A stretch of 64,000 nt of DNA from NCBI GenBank assembly GCA_964650485.1, contig CAZYTX010000005.1:29480-93479 (forward strand). The letters are read 5' to 3'. The notes beneath the pieces were generated by a model, which was not told where the DNA came from, did not search any database, and saw nothing but the letters and a program-made list of their open reading frames with translations. Made by a program: the position numbers and the translations under genes. This stretch comes from an uncultured bacterium (GTDB taxonomy: Bacteria; RBG-13-61-14; DATKZS01). This document shows positions 6,886 through 16,090 of the stretch, piece by piece. The stretch's first letter is position 1. Each line of letters opens with the position of its first letter.

Positions 6886-8595
6886 ATGGAAACCCGCAAT
6901 CCAGAAGCCGCGAGCCGCGCGAGACTGATTCAACGCGCCTGGGCCCCGGCCCTGGCAGGAGTGCTCATAGGCGCGCTCTATTTGCTCAGGGTGGACTCGG
7001 CCTTCTACTTCCTCTACGGCATGGAAAGCCACGGGATAATGCTCGCCAAGGCCCTTTCCCAGGGAAAGGGGTTCGTGGACCTCTCTTTGCCAGGGCACCC
7101 CGCTCACGTGCGAGAGCCCCCGCTCTTTTACCTCATGCTCGCAGGGCTCATCCGCACCTTCGGGTTCAAGATGCTCCCCATGAAGGCATTGATATGGGCG
7201 GCGTACACAGCATCCGCGGTGCTCTCGACCATGCTCTTTCAAAGGCGCACCCGGCCGCTTATAGCTCTTCTTACCGCATTGCTCGTAATGAGCTCCCCGG
7301 AGCTTTTCCAGTTCTTCAGCGGCCCCAAGTCGGAGCTGCCTTTCATGGCAACGGCCATGGGGGCGCTCCTGGTAATGGAAAGCCTGATTGACAGGGCGGA
7401 CGCACAGGGCAGGGACAGACGCACAGCTTTTCTGGCCGCGGCTGCGATTTTACTTTGCCTGGCCGCGGTGTTCATGCGCACGCTGGGTCTTGCCGTGGTG
7501 CTCGGCGCCGCCGCGCTCCTGGTCCACGGCCGGCACGATCGGCCCTTGCGCTCCCGGGCGGGATGTGCATTTGTTATACTCGCGCCCGTGCTCCTGGGCG
7601 TCTTGCTGTGGGCCGTAAGGGGCGCCGTGGTCTCCGACCCCGCGGGGTACAACTACATTGACTGGTTCATGATGGACCTCCCCCCGGGCAGCCCGGCCAT
7701 GATGGCGGTGGACTTCCACGCTCCCCTCATGGGAGAGCTGCCATGGATCTCCTTTACGGGCTTGATATACAGGGCGGGCAGGCACTCTGTACTCTACGCT
7801 TACTCGATCTTCGCCCAGCTTTTGTATCCAATCTCTTCGGTGCCCTCGCCCGCCTCCTACGCGCTTGTTGTTATTTCAGCGGCAATAAGCGTAGCCGGGC
7901 TCTACCTTTGCGAGAAGGGCCGCAACAAGGCGGTTATCTTTTTCATCGCGGTCTACTCGGGCGCGATCATGGTCTGGCCCATGGATGACAACCGGCTGCT
8001 GCTCCCCCTGCTGCCGTTTGCAGGAATCTACTTCGCAAGGGGACTCGTCGAGTCCTCAAAGATTGCAGTCTCCGGACTCCGCAGGAAAAAAGAGGAAGGA
8101 TCAAAAATTGCAAGACCGGCCGCTCTTCTCATACCCTCGCTCATAATGCTGTCTCTCGTGGCCACAAACGTATGGAAGGACATCGAATACCAGCGAGCAT
8201 GCTCCAAGCTGCCCCGGGTGCAGCACGCCCCCGGCTTCGAGGTCAGGTTCGTGAACGCCGAGGTCATGAAGAGCTATTCCTTGCTCCAGTGGACCGGGGA
8301 AAACGTGGAGCCGGGCGCAGTGGTGATGTACCACTCGCCTCCCCCGTGCTGGCTGGTGTCCGGGCACGAGTGCCGCTCCATACCCTTCAGCCGGGACTTT
8401 GGAGAGGTGCGCGACTATATTGTGGAGGGCGGTGCGGACTACATTGTACTGGACGAGTGGGGTCGTCTCTTCTCTTCCGGACCCGGCTGGTTCGTGGAAC
8501 AGGTGCTGCGGCCGGTCACGAGAGCCTTTCCTGATGAGTTCGATACCCTCTACCGCATCCCGGGCACCGGGTCCAAGGTCTTGAAAGCAAGGTGA
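6886..8595 (+). CDS. Multi-pass GT-C fold glycosyltransferase (ArnT/PMT-like)
   Basis: About 11-12 TM segments, PPLFYLMLA, KSELPF, RLLLPLLPF motifs, soluble C-terminal domain; adjacent to the polyprenol-P-mannose synthase. Confidence 0.7.
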   Translation: METRNPEAASRARLIQRAWAPALAGVLIGALYLLRVDSAFYFLYGMESHGIMLAKALSQGKGFVDLSLPGHPAHVREPPLFYLMLAGLIRTFGFKMLPMKALIWAAYTASAVLSTMLFQRRTRPLIALLTALLVMSSPELFQFFSGPKSELPFMATAMGALLVMESLIDRADAQGRDRRTAFLAAAAILLCLAAVFMRTLGLAVVLGAAALLVHGRHDRPLRSRAGCAFVILAPVLLGVLLWAVRGAVVSDPAGYNYIDWFMMDLPPGSPAMMAVDFHAPLMGELPWISFTGLIYRAGRHSVLYAYSIFAQLLYPISSVPSPASYALVVISAAISVAGLYLCEKGRNKAVIFFIAVYSGAIMVWPMDDNRLLLPLLPFAGIYFARGLVESSKIAVSGLRRKKEEGSKIARPAALLIPSLIMLSLVATNVWKDIEYQRACSKLPRVQHAPGFEVRFVNAEVMKSYSLLQWTGENVEPGAVVMYHSPPPCWLVSGHECRSIPFSRDFGEVRDYIVEGGADYIVLDEWGRLFSSGPGWFVEQVLRPVTRAFPDEFDTLYRIPGTGSKVLKAR

Positions 8596-8598
8596 TTC

Positions 8599-9639
8599 CT
8601 AGGACTCGCTCATCTCCTGTGCCATGTGCACGAAGGACTTTATCTTCTCGTTGGTCTGTCTCAGACGCTCGTTCAGGGTGAAGGCGAAGAACTTGTAAAC
8701 CTTGGCGGCGATGGTGGGCGCGTTGTCCAAGAGAAGAGCCAGGTCGTTCTTTTTGATGCTGAACAGGGTGGAGTCAACCGAGGCCCTGGCAGAGGCCGAC
8801 CGGGGCGCGTCGTCAATAAGCGACATCTCGCCGAAGTAGTCCCCCGATTTGAGCGTGACCAGCACCTGGCCCGGACCTTTGTCCGCGGTCTTTATGATGT
8901 CTACCTCTCCCTTTACGATGATGAAGAGCTTGTCGCCCACGTCTCCCTCCTCGAAGACACTGTCCCCGGCGCTGAGATCCTCCCTCTTCATCACCCGGGC
9001 CATCTCCTCCAGCTCCATGTCCGAGAGCTCCTCGAAAAGCGGGATGCGCGAGATCAGCTCCATCTCCTGCTCGCTCTTCCTCCGCTTGGACACCGGGACC
9101 GGGGTGACCTCCTTGGTGGTGTATAGGACTTTTAACAGATCCTTCTTCACCCGTTCCCGCTCGCTGGGCGACATGGGCCGGCTTATCTTGCTGATCCAGG
9201 AGAGGAACACCGAGTACTCCTCGGAGCGGTCCTCGGACTGTATCCTGTCAAGGTAGTCGTTTATCAGCTTGCGTGAGTCATAGCTAACCCGGTCGAATAT
9301 CACTCCCATGCCGGGGTCGAGCCCGTCGGGGGTGGTCGGCTTGTGTGGGTTCACCCTTATGACCTCGCCCTTGAAGTGGATGGTGCGGTCAACCCCTGGA
9401 AGGTCAAGGCCGAGATGGATTACGGTGCCAACGGGATAAGGGCTCTCGGTCTTTATGTAGACCCGGTCTTTGTCAACCTCCATCACGTAGTCAACAAACT
9501 CCTCCTCCTCGCCGCCATCCTCGGTGCGGACGCGCAAGGGGGCCTTCAGGAGCTTGCTCTTTTTCACCTTGCGGGCCTTGCCGGTCTCCTCTTTAACCCC
9601 TTCTTCTTTTGCAGCCTCTTCTTTGTCTTCGTAAGCCAC
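8599..9639 (-). CDS. Degenerate PilZ domain plus cyclic nucleotide-binding domain protein
   Basis: PilZ barrel (YIKTESPYPVGT, GEVIRV, PGMGVIF); cNMP domain (VFEEGDVGDKLFIIVKGEV, FGEMSLIDDAPRSASA). Confidence 0.8.
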   Translation of the reverse strand: MAYEDKEEAAKEEGVKEETGKARKVKKSKLLKAPLRVRTEDGGEEEEFVDYVMEVDKDRVYIKTESPYPVGTVIHLGLDLPGVDRTIHFKGEVIRVNPHKPTTPDGLDPGMGVIFDRVSYDSRKLINDYLDRIQSEDRSEEYSVFLSWISKISRPMSPSERERVKKDLLKVLYTTKEVTPVPVSKRRKSEQEMELISRIPLFEELSDMELEEMARVMKREDLSAGDSVFEEGDVGDKLFIIVKGEVDIIKTADKGPGQVLVTLKSGDYFGEMSLIDDAPRSASARASVDSTLFSIKKNDLALLLDNAPTIAAKVYKFFAFTLNERLRQTNEKIKSFVHMAQEMSES

Positions 9640-9752
9640 CTGGGATAGAACCTCCTTTTACCCGGCGCTGCATAAAGATCAGCTCTTCTTGGAAATCCAT
9701 TTTAATTTAATTTATCATAATTTCATAATTTTGTATAGATTCAGGATGCTCC

Positions 9753-10943
9753 ATGGATCTCGATTACATACAAAGGGTTGATTTCTGGACTCGCCCGGAG
9801 GACAAGCCCGGCAGCGTGCTGGTGGCCATGAGCGGGGGGGTTGACTCCACCTTTGCGGCATGGGCACTGAAGAGCCGGGGGGTCGAGGTGGCCGGCCTGC
9901 ATTTCAGCACTGGAAGATTCTCTCCTCCTTATGACCCCAAGCGCTGCTGCTCGGACCAGGACACGGTGGACGCCGCACGCATGGCCCATCTCATGGACAT
10001 ACCCTTTTATTGGGTGTCGGTGGAAGAGGAATTCGAAAAGTGCGTGGTGATGCCCTTTGCCCAAGCCTATGGTAATGGTATTACACCGAACCCCTGCATA
10101 ACCTGCAACCCGAGCGTCAAGTGGCGTATCCTCATTGAAAAGGCGCGCGAGCTGGGCATGGACGCGGTGGCCACCGGCCATCATGCAAGGCTGCTGCCCG
10201 ACTCCCGATCCCGCCGGCCCCGGCTGCTCAGGGGAATCGAGCGCAGAAAGGACCAGTCGTACTTCCTGGCCCGTCTGTCAAGGGAGCAGCTCTCAAAGGC
10301 AGTGCTCCCCACCGGCTGCTTTCGAAAGCAAGGTATAAGAGAGGCCCTCTCCAATGCTGGATTCCCGGTGGCGGACAAGCCCGAGAGCCAGGACATATGT
10401 TTTGTGGGTCCTCGCGGATACGCGACCCTGGTGGAGCAATGCCTGGGCAGCATGACCCCGCCCTCCGGAGATATAGTGGACCTTGACGGAAAAGTGATGG
10501 GTGCCCATCCAGGCATACACCACTTCACCATCGGCCAGAGAAAGGGGCTGCCGGCCAGCGAGCAGGGGCCACTATACGTAATCTATATAGACCCCCGCCG
10601 CAACCGCATTATTGCAGGGCCTCACCAGTCGGTCTACTCTACACGGGCCCACATTAACGAACTGCACTGGCTGGCAGAGCCCCCGGCGCCCAACGAGCGG
10701 GTAAGTGTCAAGGTGAGGTACAAGTCATCCTTCGCCCCCGCCAGGATGATAGAACAAGAACCCGGTCGTGCGTGCATCATCTTCGAGAAGCCGCAGAGGG
10801 CCATTGCGCCAGGCCAGGCCGCGGTCATATACCGGGCCCAGGAGGTCATCGGCAGCGGCTTCTTCACCCGGGATGACTTGCCCTTTGAAGCCGCCCGGCA
10901 GGAAGGCCCCCCGGGCGGCGAGCCCATGGAGGGGGCACTGTGA
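9753..10943 (+). CDS. mnmA: tRNA 2-thiouridine(34) synthase
   Basis: AMSGGVDS, TPNPCITCN, ATGHHA, KDQSYFL, KPESQDICF, FTIGQRKG, APGQAAV. Confidence 0.95.
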   Translation: MDLDYIQRVDFWTRPEDKPGSVLVAMSGGVDSTFAAWALKSRGVEVAGLHFSTGRFSPPYDPKRCCSDQDTVDAARMAHLMDIPFYWVSVEEEFEKCVVMPFAQAYGNGITPNPCITCNPSVKWRILIEKARELGMDAVATGHHARLLPDSRSRRPRLLRGIERRKDQSYFLARLSREQLSKAVLPTGCFRKQGIREALSNAGFPVADKPESQDICFVGPRGYATLVEQCLGSMTPPSGDIVDLDGKVMGAHPGIHHFTIGQRKGLPASEQGPLYVIYIDPRRNRIIAGPHQSVYSTRAHINELHWLAEPPAPNERVSVKVRYKSSFAPARMIEQEPGRACIIFEKPQRAIAPGQAAVIYRAQEVIGSGFFTRDDLPFEAARQEGPPGGEPMEGAL

Positions 10944-12238
10944 AGGCAAGGCAAAAGCCCCGCCCCTGTACAGCGGCCTTCATAACCCTTGGCTGCAAGG
11001 CCAATAAATACGACACCTCCGTCATAATGGCAAAGGTCCCCCCGAGAGAGTTCCAGGTGCTGGAGACCGCATCCCCCCTGGCATTGCATGAGCCCGCGGA
11101 CGTGTACGTGATAAACACATGCGCGGTCACGGAGAAGAGCGCCTTCCAGTCCAGGCAGATGATAAGAAGGGCCAGGAGACAGAACCCTGCGGCCAGGATC
11201 ATTGCCACAGGCTGCCTGGCACAGATAGACCCCGGCTCCCTGGTAAAATCGGGCGCGGACCAGGTCGCTGGGATCACGGAGAGGGAAAGCGTGGTCCGCT
11301 CGCTTCAGGGCAAGCCCGGACCTTCAGGCAACTTGTTCTTTCACCAGCAGGCCGGCATGCAGGCCCGGGGCCGGGCCATAGTCAAGGTCCAGGACGGGTG
11401 CGACTCGAGGTGCGCTTATTGCGTGGTCTCAATCGCACGCGGGCCCGGCCGAAGCCTGGGGCCTGACCAGGTGCTTTCACAGCTTTGCTCCCTTGCCGGC
11501 CGGGGCTTTTCCGAGGCCGTGCTGGTGGGCATCAACCTGGGCTCGTACGGCCGCGACCTGGGCGCCTCGCTTGAAGGGCTGTTGCAAAAAATCATCTCCG
11601 CAAAGGGCATGCCGCAGAGGATCAGGCTATCCTCCATCGAGCCGCAGGAACTAACCAGCGGAATCATAGACATGATGACGCGCTCCAAGATGATCTGCCC
11701 GCACCTGCACCTGCCCCTGCAGAGCGGAGACCCAGAAGTGCTTCAAAGAATGGGCAGGCCCTATTCACCCGATCATGTAGAGCAAATGATCCTCTCCGCG
11801 GCACGGGCCGTGCCCAACATCGGCATCGGACTCGACCTGATCGCCGGGTTCCCGGGAGAGACCGAAGCCGCCCACAAAAACACCACAGAACTTGTGGCAA
11901 AGCTCCCGGTCTCTTACCTTCACGTGTTCCCCTTCTCTGAAAGGCCCGGCACGGCCGCGGAAAAGATGAAGGGAAAGGTCCCGAGGAGAGAGATCAAGAC
12001 CCGGGCGCGCGAGTTGCGCGAGCTGGGCCATGCAAAGGCCATGGAGTTCAAGAAGACCCAGCTTGGCCGCGAGCTGGAGGCGGTGGCCGAGACCCATGAC
12101 AAAGGTTTTATAAACGGGACCAGCGAGAACTACCTGCGGCTTAAGTTCAAGGCAGGCGAGGACCGAATTGGCTCCGTGGTGAGGGTGAGGGCTTGCGAGC
12201 TCAAGGGCAATCGGCTGCTGGCGGAGGCTGTTGATTGA
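10940..12238 (+). CDS. mtaB: tRNA t6A37 methylthiotransferase (MiaB-like radical SAM)
   Basis: TLGCKAN, INTCAVT, KVQDGCDSRCAYC, RIRLSSIEP, CPHLHLPLQSG, HVFPFSERPGT. Confidence 0.9.
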   Translation: MKARQKPRPCTAAFITLGCKANKYDTSVIMAKVPPREFQVLETASPLALHEPADVYVINTCAVTEKSAFQSRQMIRRARRQNPAARIIATGCLAQIDPGSLVKSGADQVAGITERESVVRSLQGKPGPSGNLFFHQQAGMQARGRAIVKVQDGCDSRCAYCVVSIARGPGRSLGPDQVLSQLCSLAGRGFSEAVLVGINLGSYGRDLGASLEGLLQKIISAKGMPQRIRLSSIEPQELTSGIIDMMTRSKMICPHLHLPLQSGDPEVLQRMGRPYSPDHVEQMILSAARAVPNIGIGLDLIAGFPGETEAAHKNTTELVAKLPVSYLHVFPFSERPGTAAEKMKGKVPRREIKTRARELRELGHAKAMEFKKTQLGRELEAVAETHDKGFINGTSENYLRLKFKAGEDRIGSVVRVRACELKGNRLLAEAVD

Positions 12239-13007
12239 CACTCGAGTGTTTATTCAACGGAGGTCCGGCGAAAAAGTGGACAGGCAATACGATGAGATCA
12301 TAGAGGCTCTGCAAGAGGGTTTTGGTTACATGTTCAAGGACATGGGACTGTTGATGAACGCTCTGACCCACAGATCCTACTCGCATGAGCATCCGTCCGA
12401 TAGCCAGGGTATTGATGAACAAGGGCCCGGCCACTACGAGCGCCTCGAGTTCCTGGGCGACGCGGTGCTGGCCCTGGTGGTGGCGGACCTTGCCATGCGC
12501 CGTTTTCCCCAGGTTACCGAGGGCGAACTCTCGCGCGTCCGCGCCGGCCTGGTCAACTGGGAGGTCCTGGCCAGCCTTGCCGGAAAGCTTGGCATCGGCC
12601 GGGCTCTGCGACTGGGCAGGGGAGAAGAGTCTAGCGGAGGCAGGGACAAGCCCTCCATCCTGGCCGCGGCATACGAAGCTGTATTGGGGGCCGTGTACCT
12701 GGACGGCGGGTTCGACGCGGCTTACAAGGTGGTCGCCGCGCATTTCTCGCCCTTCCTGGAAACCGACTCCCACCTGCACCTGTTGGGTGATTACAAGACG
12801 CCTTTGCAGGAAAAGGCCCAGGCGCTTTTCAAGTCCACGCCCTCGTACAAGGTGGTGCACGAGGAAGGGCCGGAACACATGAAGTGGTTCGAGGTGCAGG
12901 TGTACTTGAACCACAGGCCCTGCGGCCGCGGCAGGGGCAGGAGCAAGAAGGAAGCCGAGCAGGACGCGGCCAGGAAGGCGCTGCTCTCGGGAATCTTTGA
13001 TGAGTGA
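12231..13007 (+). CDS. rnc: Ribonuclease III
   Basis: ALTHRS, ERLEFLGDAVL signature, EAVLGAVYLDGG, dsRBD (DYKTPLQE...SKKEAEQDAA). Confidence 0.95.
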   Translation: MIDTRVFIQRRSGEKVDRQYDEIIEALQEGFGYMFKDMGLLMNALTHRSYSHEHPSDSQGIDEQGPGHYERLEFLGDAVLALVVADLAMRRFPQVTEGELSRVRAGLVNWEVLASLAGKLGIGRALRLGRGEESSGGRDKPSILAAAYEAVLGAVYLDGGFDAAYKVVAAHFSPFLETDSHLHLLGDYKTPLQEKAQALFKSTPSYKVVHEEGPEHMKWFEVQVYLNHRPCGRGRGRSKKEAEQDAARKALLSGIFDE

Positions 13008-14208
13008 GCCCGGGCAAGGCCGGGAGGCCGCACCGGAGAAACGGCTCAGCCCGGTCCTGTATCTTCTAATATTCACTGCCGGCATGAGCTTCAGCCTGCT
13101 GGGCGCGGCGCTGCCCGATGTCTCCCTCTTGTTCGACCTCAGCAAGAGCCAGGCGTCCTCGCTCCCGCTGGCCCAGTTCTCGGGCGACTTTGCAGGGCTC
13201 CTGCTGCTGGGGCTCACCCTGTCACGGGCCAGGCATCTGCTCTACGGGTCCGCACTGGCGCTCTGCGCCGCAGGGGTGCTCATAAGCCTTGCGCCCGGCT
13301 TCTCCATGTGGCTCAAGGTCTGGTTCTTCCTGTTCGGCGCGGCATCGGGAATACTCATCACCCTGCCGGGAATGATCTCGGCAAGGGTGGCCGCGGGCCA
13401 GGCAGCACGCAGCATGAACCTGCTCTATGCCTTCTTCTCCGCGGGGGTCATGACCGCACCCATTGGCTCGGGCGTCCTGGTCGAGCTGGGGCTTCACTTC
13501 AGAGAAGCCTTCCTGGCGCTGTCCGGCCTGGCCCTGGTCGCCGGGGTAGCCGCTGCTTTTTCCAGGATGCCCATACCCGAGCTGGGCCAGGGTCTATACC
13601 CGACAGCGATGCGCGACCTTGTAAAAGACCACCGCGGCATCCTGGCCGTGGTAATCGTGATGAACCTGTGCTACGTGGGAGCGGAGGCCGTGCCCAACGC
13701 CTGGATACCGAAGTACCTGCAGGACACCTTCCCGGGCCGCTCCGAGCTGGGCTCCGCTGCGGTGCTCTCCCTTTTCTGGGGCGCCATAACCGGCGGCAGG
13801 TTTTTGTGCGCGGCCCTGCTCAAGAAGGGGGTCCGACCAAGGGCCTTGCTCGCCGGCCTCGCGGCGCTGTCATGCGCAACCCTGGCGGCCGCTCCAATGG
13901 CCGGGAGTCTCATGGCCGCCCAGGCGCTGTTCGTGGCCTCCGGGCTCTTCTTCTCCGGCATGTTCCCCGTTATCATCTCCCATACCGAGCACATACCCGA
14001 GCGCTCCTCCGGGACCATGTTCATCATGGTGATGGCCGCGGGCATGCTGGGGGCCTCCGCGGCCGGGAAGTCGGTGGGGGTGATAGCCGACGCGGTGAGC
14101 TTCCCCGCGGGGATGGGGCTCGCCGCGCTCCTGTCCGCGGGGGTGCTTTTCCTCATCCCGCTACTTTCCAGGCAGAGCAGGGGCGGAGAAGAGTTTGAAG
14201 GTGTATAA
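12997..14208 (+). CDS. MFS transporter (FucP/TsgA-like)
   Basis: 12 hydrophobic segments; YVGAE..W.P.YL and SLFWGAITGGR motifs. Confidence 0.8.
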   Translation: MMSEPGQGREAAPEKRLSPVLYLLIFTAGMSFSLLGAALPDVSLLFDLSKSQASSLPLAQFSGDFAGLLLLGLTLSRARHLLYGSALALCAAGVLISLAPGFSMWLKVWFFLFGAASGILITLPGMISARVAAGQAARSMNLLYAFFSAGVMTAPIGSGVLVELGLHFREAFLALSGLALVAGVAAAFSRMPIPELGQGLYPTAMRDLVKDHRGILAVVIVMNLCYVGAEAVPNAWIPKYLQDTFPGRSELGSAAVLSLFWGAITGGRFLCAALLKKGVRPRALLAGLAALSCATLAAAPMAGSLMAAQALFVASGLFFSGMFPVIISHTEHIPERSSGTMFIMVMAAGMLGASAAGKSVGVIADAVSFPAGMGLAALLSAGVLFLIPLLSRQSRGGEEFEGV

Positions 14209-14498
14209 CAAGGCTTTTGTTCCATCCGACCCCGGTGTTTATTATCTACGTGGCCAGACTTGGTGATAAACAGCGGGGATGAACCGGACCCGGGTCCCTG
14301 GAGCTCAAGATCGAGCTATTAAAAGAGCTTGCAGACGATGAAGAGAGCCTGATCGCCAGGAACATATTCCGGGGCGATGTGAGGCAGATACAAAAGGTTT
14401 TACAACAGAATTGATTCAGGCTTATAAGGGGTCTTTCTTCCGGGAGAATTTGCCCCTTCTTCTGCCTTGATCTTTAACAGTATAAGATCCCGCTAACT

Positions 14499-14939
14499 TT
14501 AATGACCTCCGCCGCCCAGCACGCCGGAGGCCGCCACTATCAGGACCACGCACTCGAATATCACCAGTGCGAGGAAGAGCCAGTCCTTCTTCTTCAAGTA
14601 CGCCGGCAGGAGCTCCGCCAGAAAGCAGATGATGGTCATGCCGGCAAGCAGCACCACCCCGATGAAGTTCAGGAAGTCGCCCTTGCCGAGCAAAGACGTC
14701 CATCCCCATCCCGCTGGCACCTCGGCCTTGTGAAGGTACTCTTCCACCGTGCTCTGCCAGTAGACCGGGACCTCTTTCAGGGGGACGTGCGGTTCCAGCA
14801 AACCGGACACGTATATGAAGTAGGTCACCAACATGATGGCGATGGCCAGCCACGAGCCGTAGAACAGGATGTTGGCGTAGCTTATCTGCTCGGGCGACGC
14901 CTCGCAGTCGGTCCTTGTAAGCTCCACTCTCTCTTCCAT
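14499..14939 (-). CDS. DUF1634-like membrane protein
   Basis: ASPEQISYANIL, GWGW, GDFLNFIG, 3 TM helices; usual partner of TauE exporters. Confidence 0.75.
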   Translation of the reverse strand: MEERVELTRTDCEASPEQISYANILFYGSWLAIAIMLVTYFIYVSGLLEPHVPLKEVPVYWQSTVEEYLHKAEVPAGWGWTSLLGKGDFLNFIGVVLLAGMTIICFLAELLPAYLKKKDWLFLALVIFECVVLIVAASGVLGGGGH

Positions 14940-14955
14940 GACGGTCCGCCTCCTA

Positions 14956-15918
14956 TCAGATTCCCAGCCCTTTAAGGAAAGCCCTGATCCCGGCGAAGAA
15001 CAGCACCCCGATGACTATGTACCTTATGGCCTTGGGCTTGGCCCTGGCAAGTATGCGCACCCCTATGAAGGACCCCAGCATCAGGCCCACGATCGAGGGG
15101 ATGGCCATCAAGGGGATCACGCACCCCTTGTTCATGTAGATCCAGGCTGCGGAGGTGTCAGTGATTGACAGCAGGAACTTACTGGTCCCCACCGCGATCT
15201 TGAGGGGGGCCCCCATCACCAGGTTCAAAACAGGGATGTTGGCCCAGCCCGCTCCCAGCCCAAACATGCCTGCGATCACTCCGATGAAAACGAAGAGGAC
15301 CAGCCCCTGCCAGGTGTGGTGCGTCTTCCAGTCAATGGCCTCGTCCGTGGACTCCTCCCAGCAAAGGCCCGACATGCCCAGCGCACTGCCGATGGCGTCC
15401 TGCCTCTCCACCACCGGCCGCTCCACGTTCTTGGAGGAGAGCAGCAGTATGGCTATGCCGATGATGGTGAGGCCGAGCGCGATCTGCACGATGTAGGTGG
15501 GCAAGGCAAGTCCCAGGAATGCCCCCAGTATGGAGAAGGTTGACGCGATCACCGCCACCGGCAAAGCAAGCCGCAGGTTTGCAAGGTTCCTCCTCAAAAG
15601 GCCCGGGCCGGCTGCAAGCGCACCCGCCAGGGCCACCAGCAGACCCGCGCCTCTCACGAAGTCGAGGTGGAAGGGGAAAAGCCCGCTCACCAGGGGAACG
15701 TAGAGCACCCCTCCGCCAACGCCGGCGAGCACGGCCAGCACTCCCAGCACAAGGCAGAAAAAGAACAGCACCAGCGGCCACATCCACCAGGAGTAGGCAG
15801 GGGGAAGGTCCGGTGTAAGCGATCCCTCCGCCATCTGACCGAACAAGGGCTGGGCCGCGGCCCAGACAAGGCCGGCGAACAAGCAGCCGAGCAGCACCGC
15901 GTACTTCCTTTTCAACAA
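14956..15918 (-). CDS. Sulfite exporter TauE/SafE family protein
   Basis: GVGGGVLYVP and GMFGLGAGWANIPVLNL repeats, many TM helices. Confidence 0.85.
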   Translation of the reverse strand: MLKRKYAVLLGCLFAGLVWAAAQPLFGQMAEGSLTPDLPPAYSWWMWPLVLFFFCLVLGVLAVLAGVGGGVLYVPLVSGLFPFHLDFVRGAGLLVALAGALAAGPGLLRRNLANLRLALPVAVIASTFSILGAFLGLALPTYIVQIALGLTIIGIAILLLSSKNVERPVVERQDAIGSALGMSGLCWEESTDEAIDWKTHHTWQGLVLFVFIGVIAGMFGLGAGWANIPVLNLVMGAPLKIAVGTSKFLLSITDTSAAWIYMNKGCVIPLMAIPSIVGLMLGSFIGVRILARAKPKAIRYIVIGVLFFAGIRAFLKGLGI

Positions 15919-16020
15919 TTCACTCCTCCTTGCTCACATACTTCAACAAAAGGCAAAAAGAACAGTGAAATATATAGTGCGCCTCAAAGGGTTTTCCAGA
16001 TCATTTTCACAACAAGGCCC

Positions 16021-16049
16021 ATTATAGTTTAAGCGGCACAAGCGGTCAA
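16021..16049 (-). promoter_or_regulatory. sigma70-type promoter for tauE-DUF1634
   Basis: Minus strand TTGACC (16049-16044), 17 bp spacer, TATAAT (16026-16021). Confidence 0.6.
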
Positions 16050-16090
16050 AAGCGCCACATTAAGTTTTTTAATTTTTCCCGGCATGTAAA

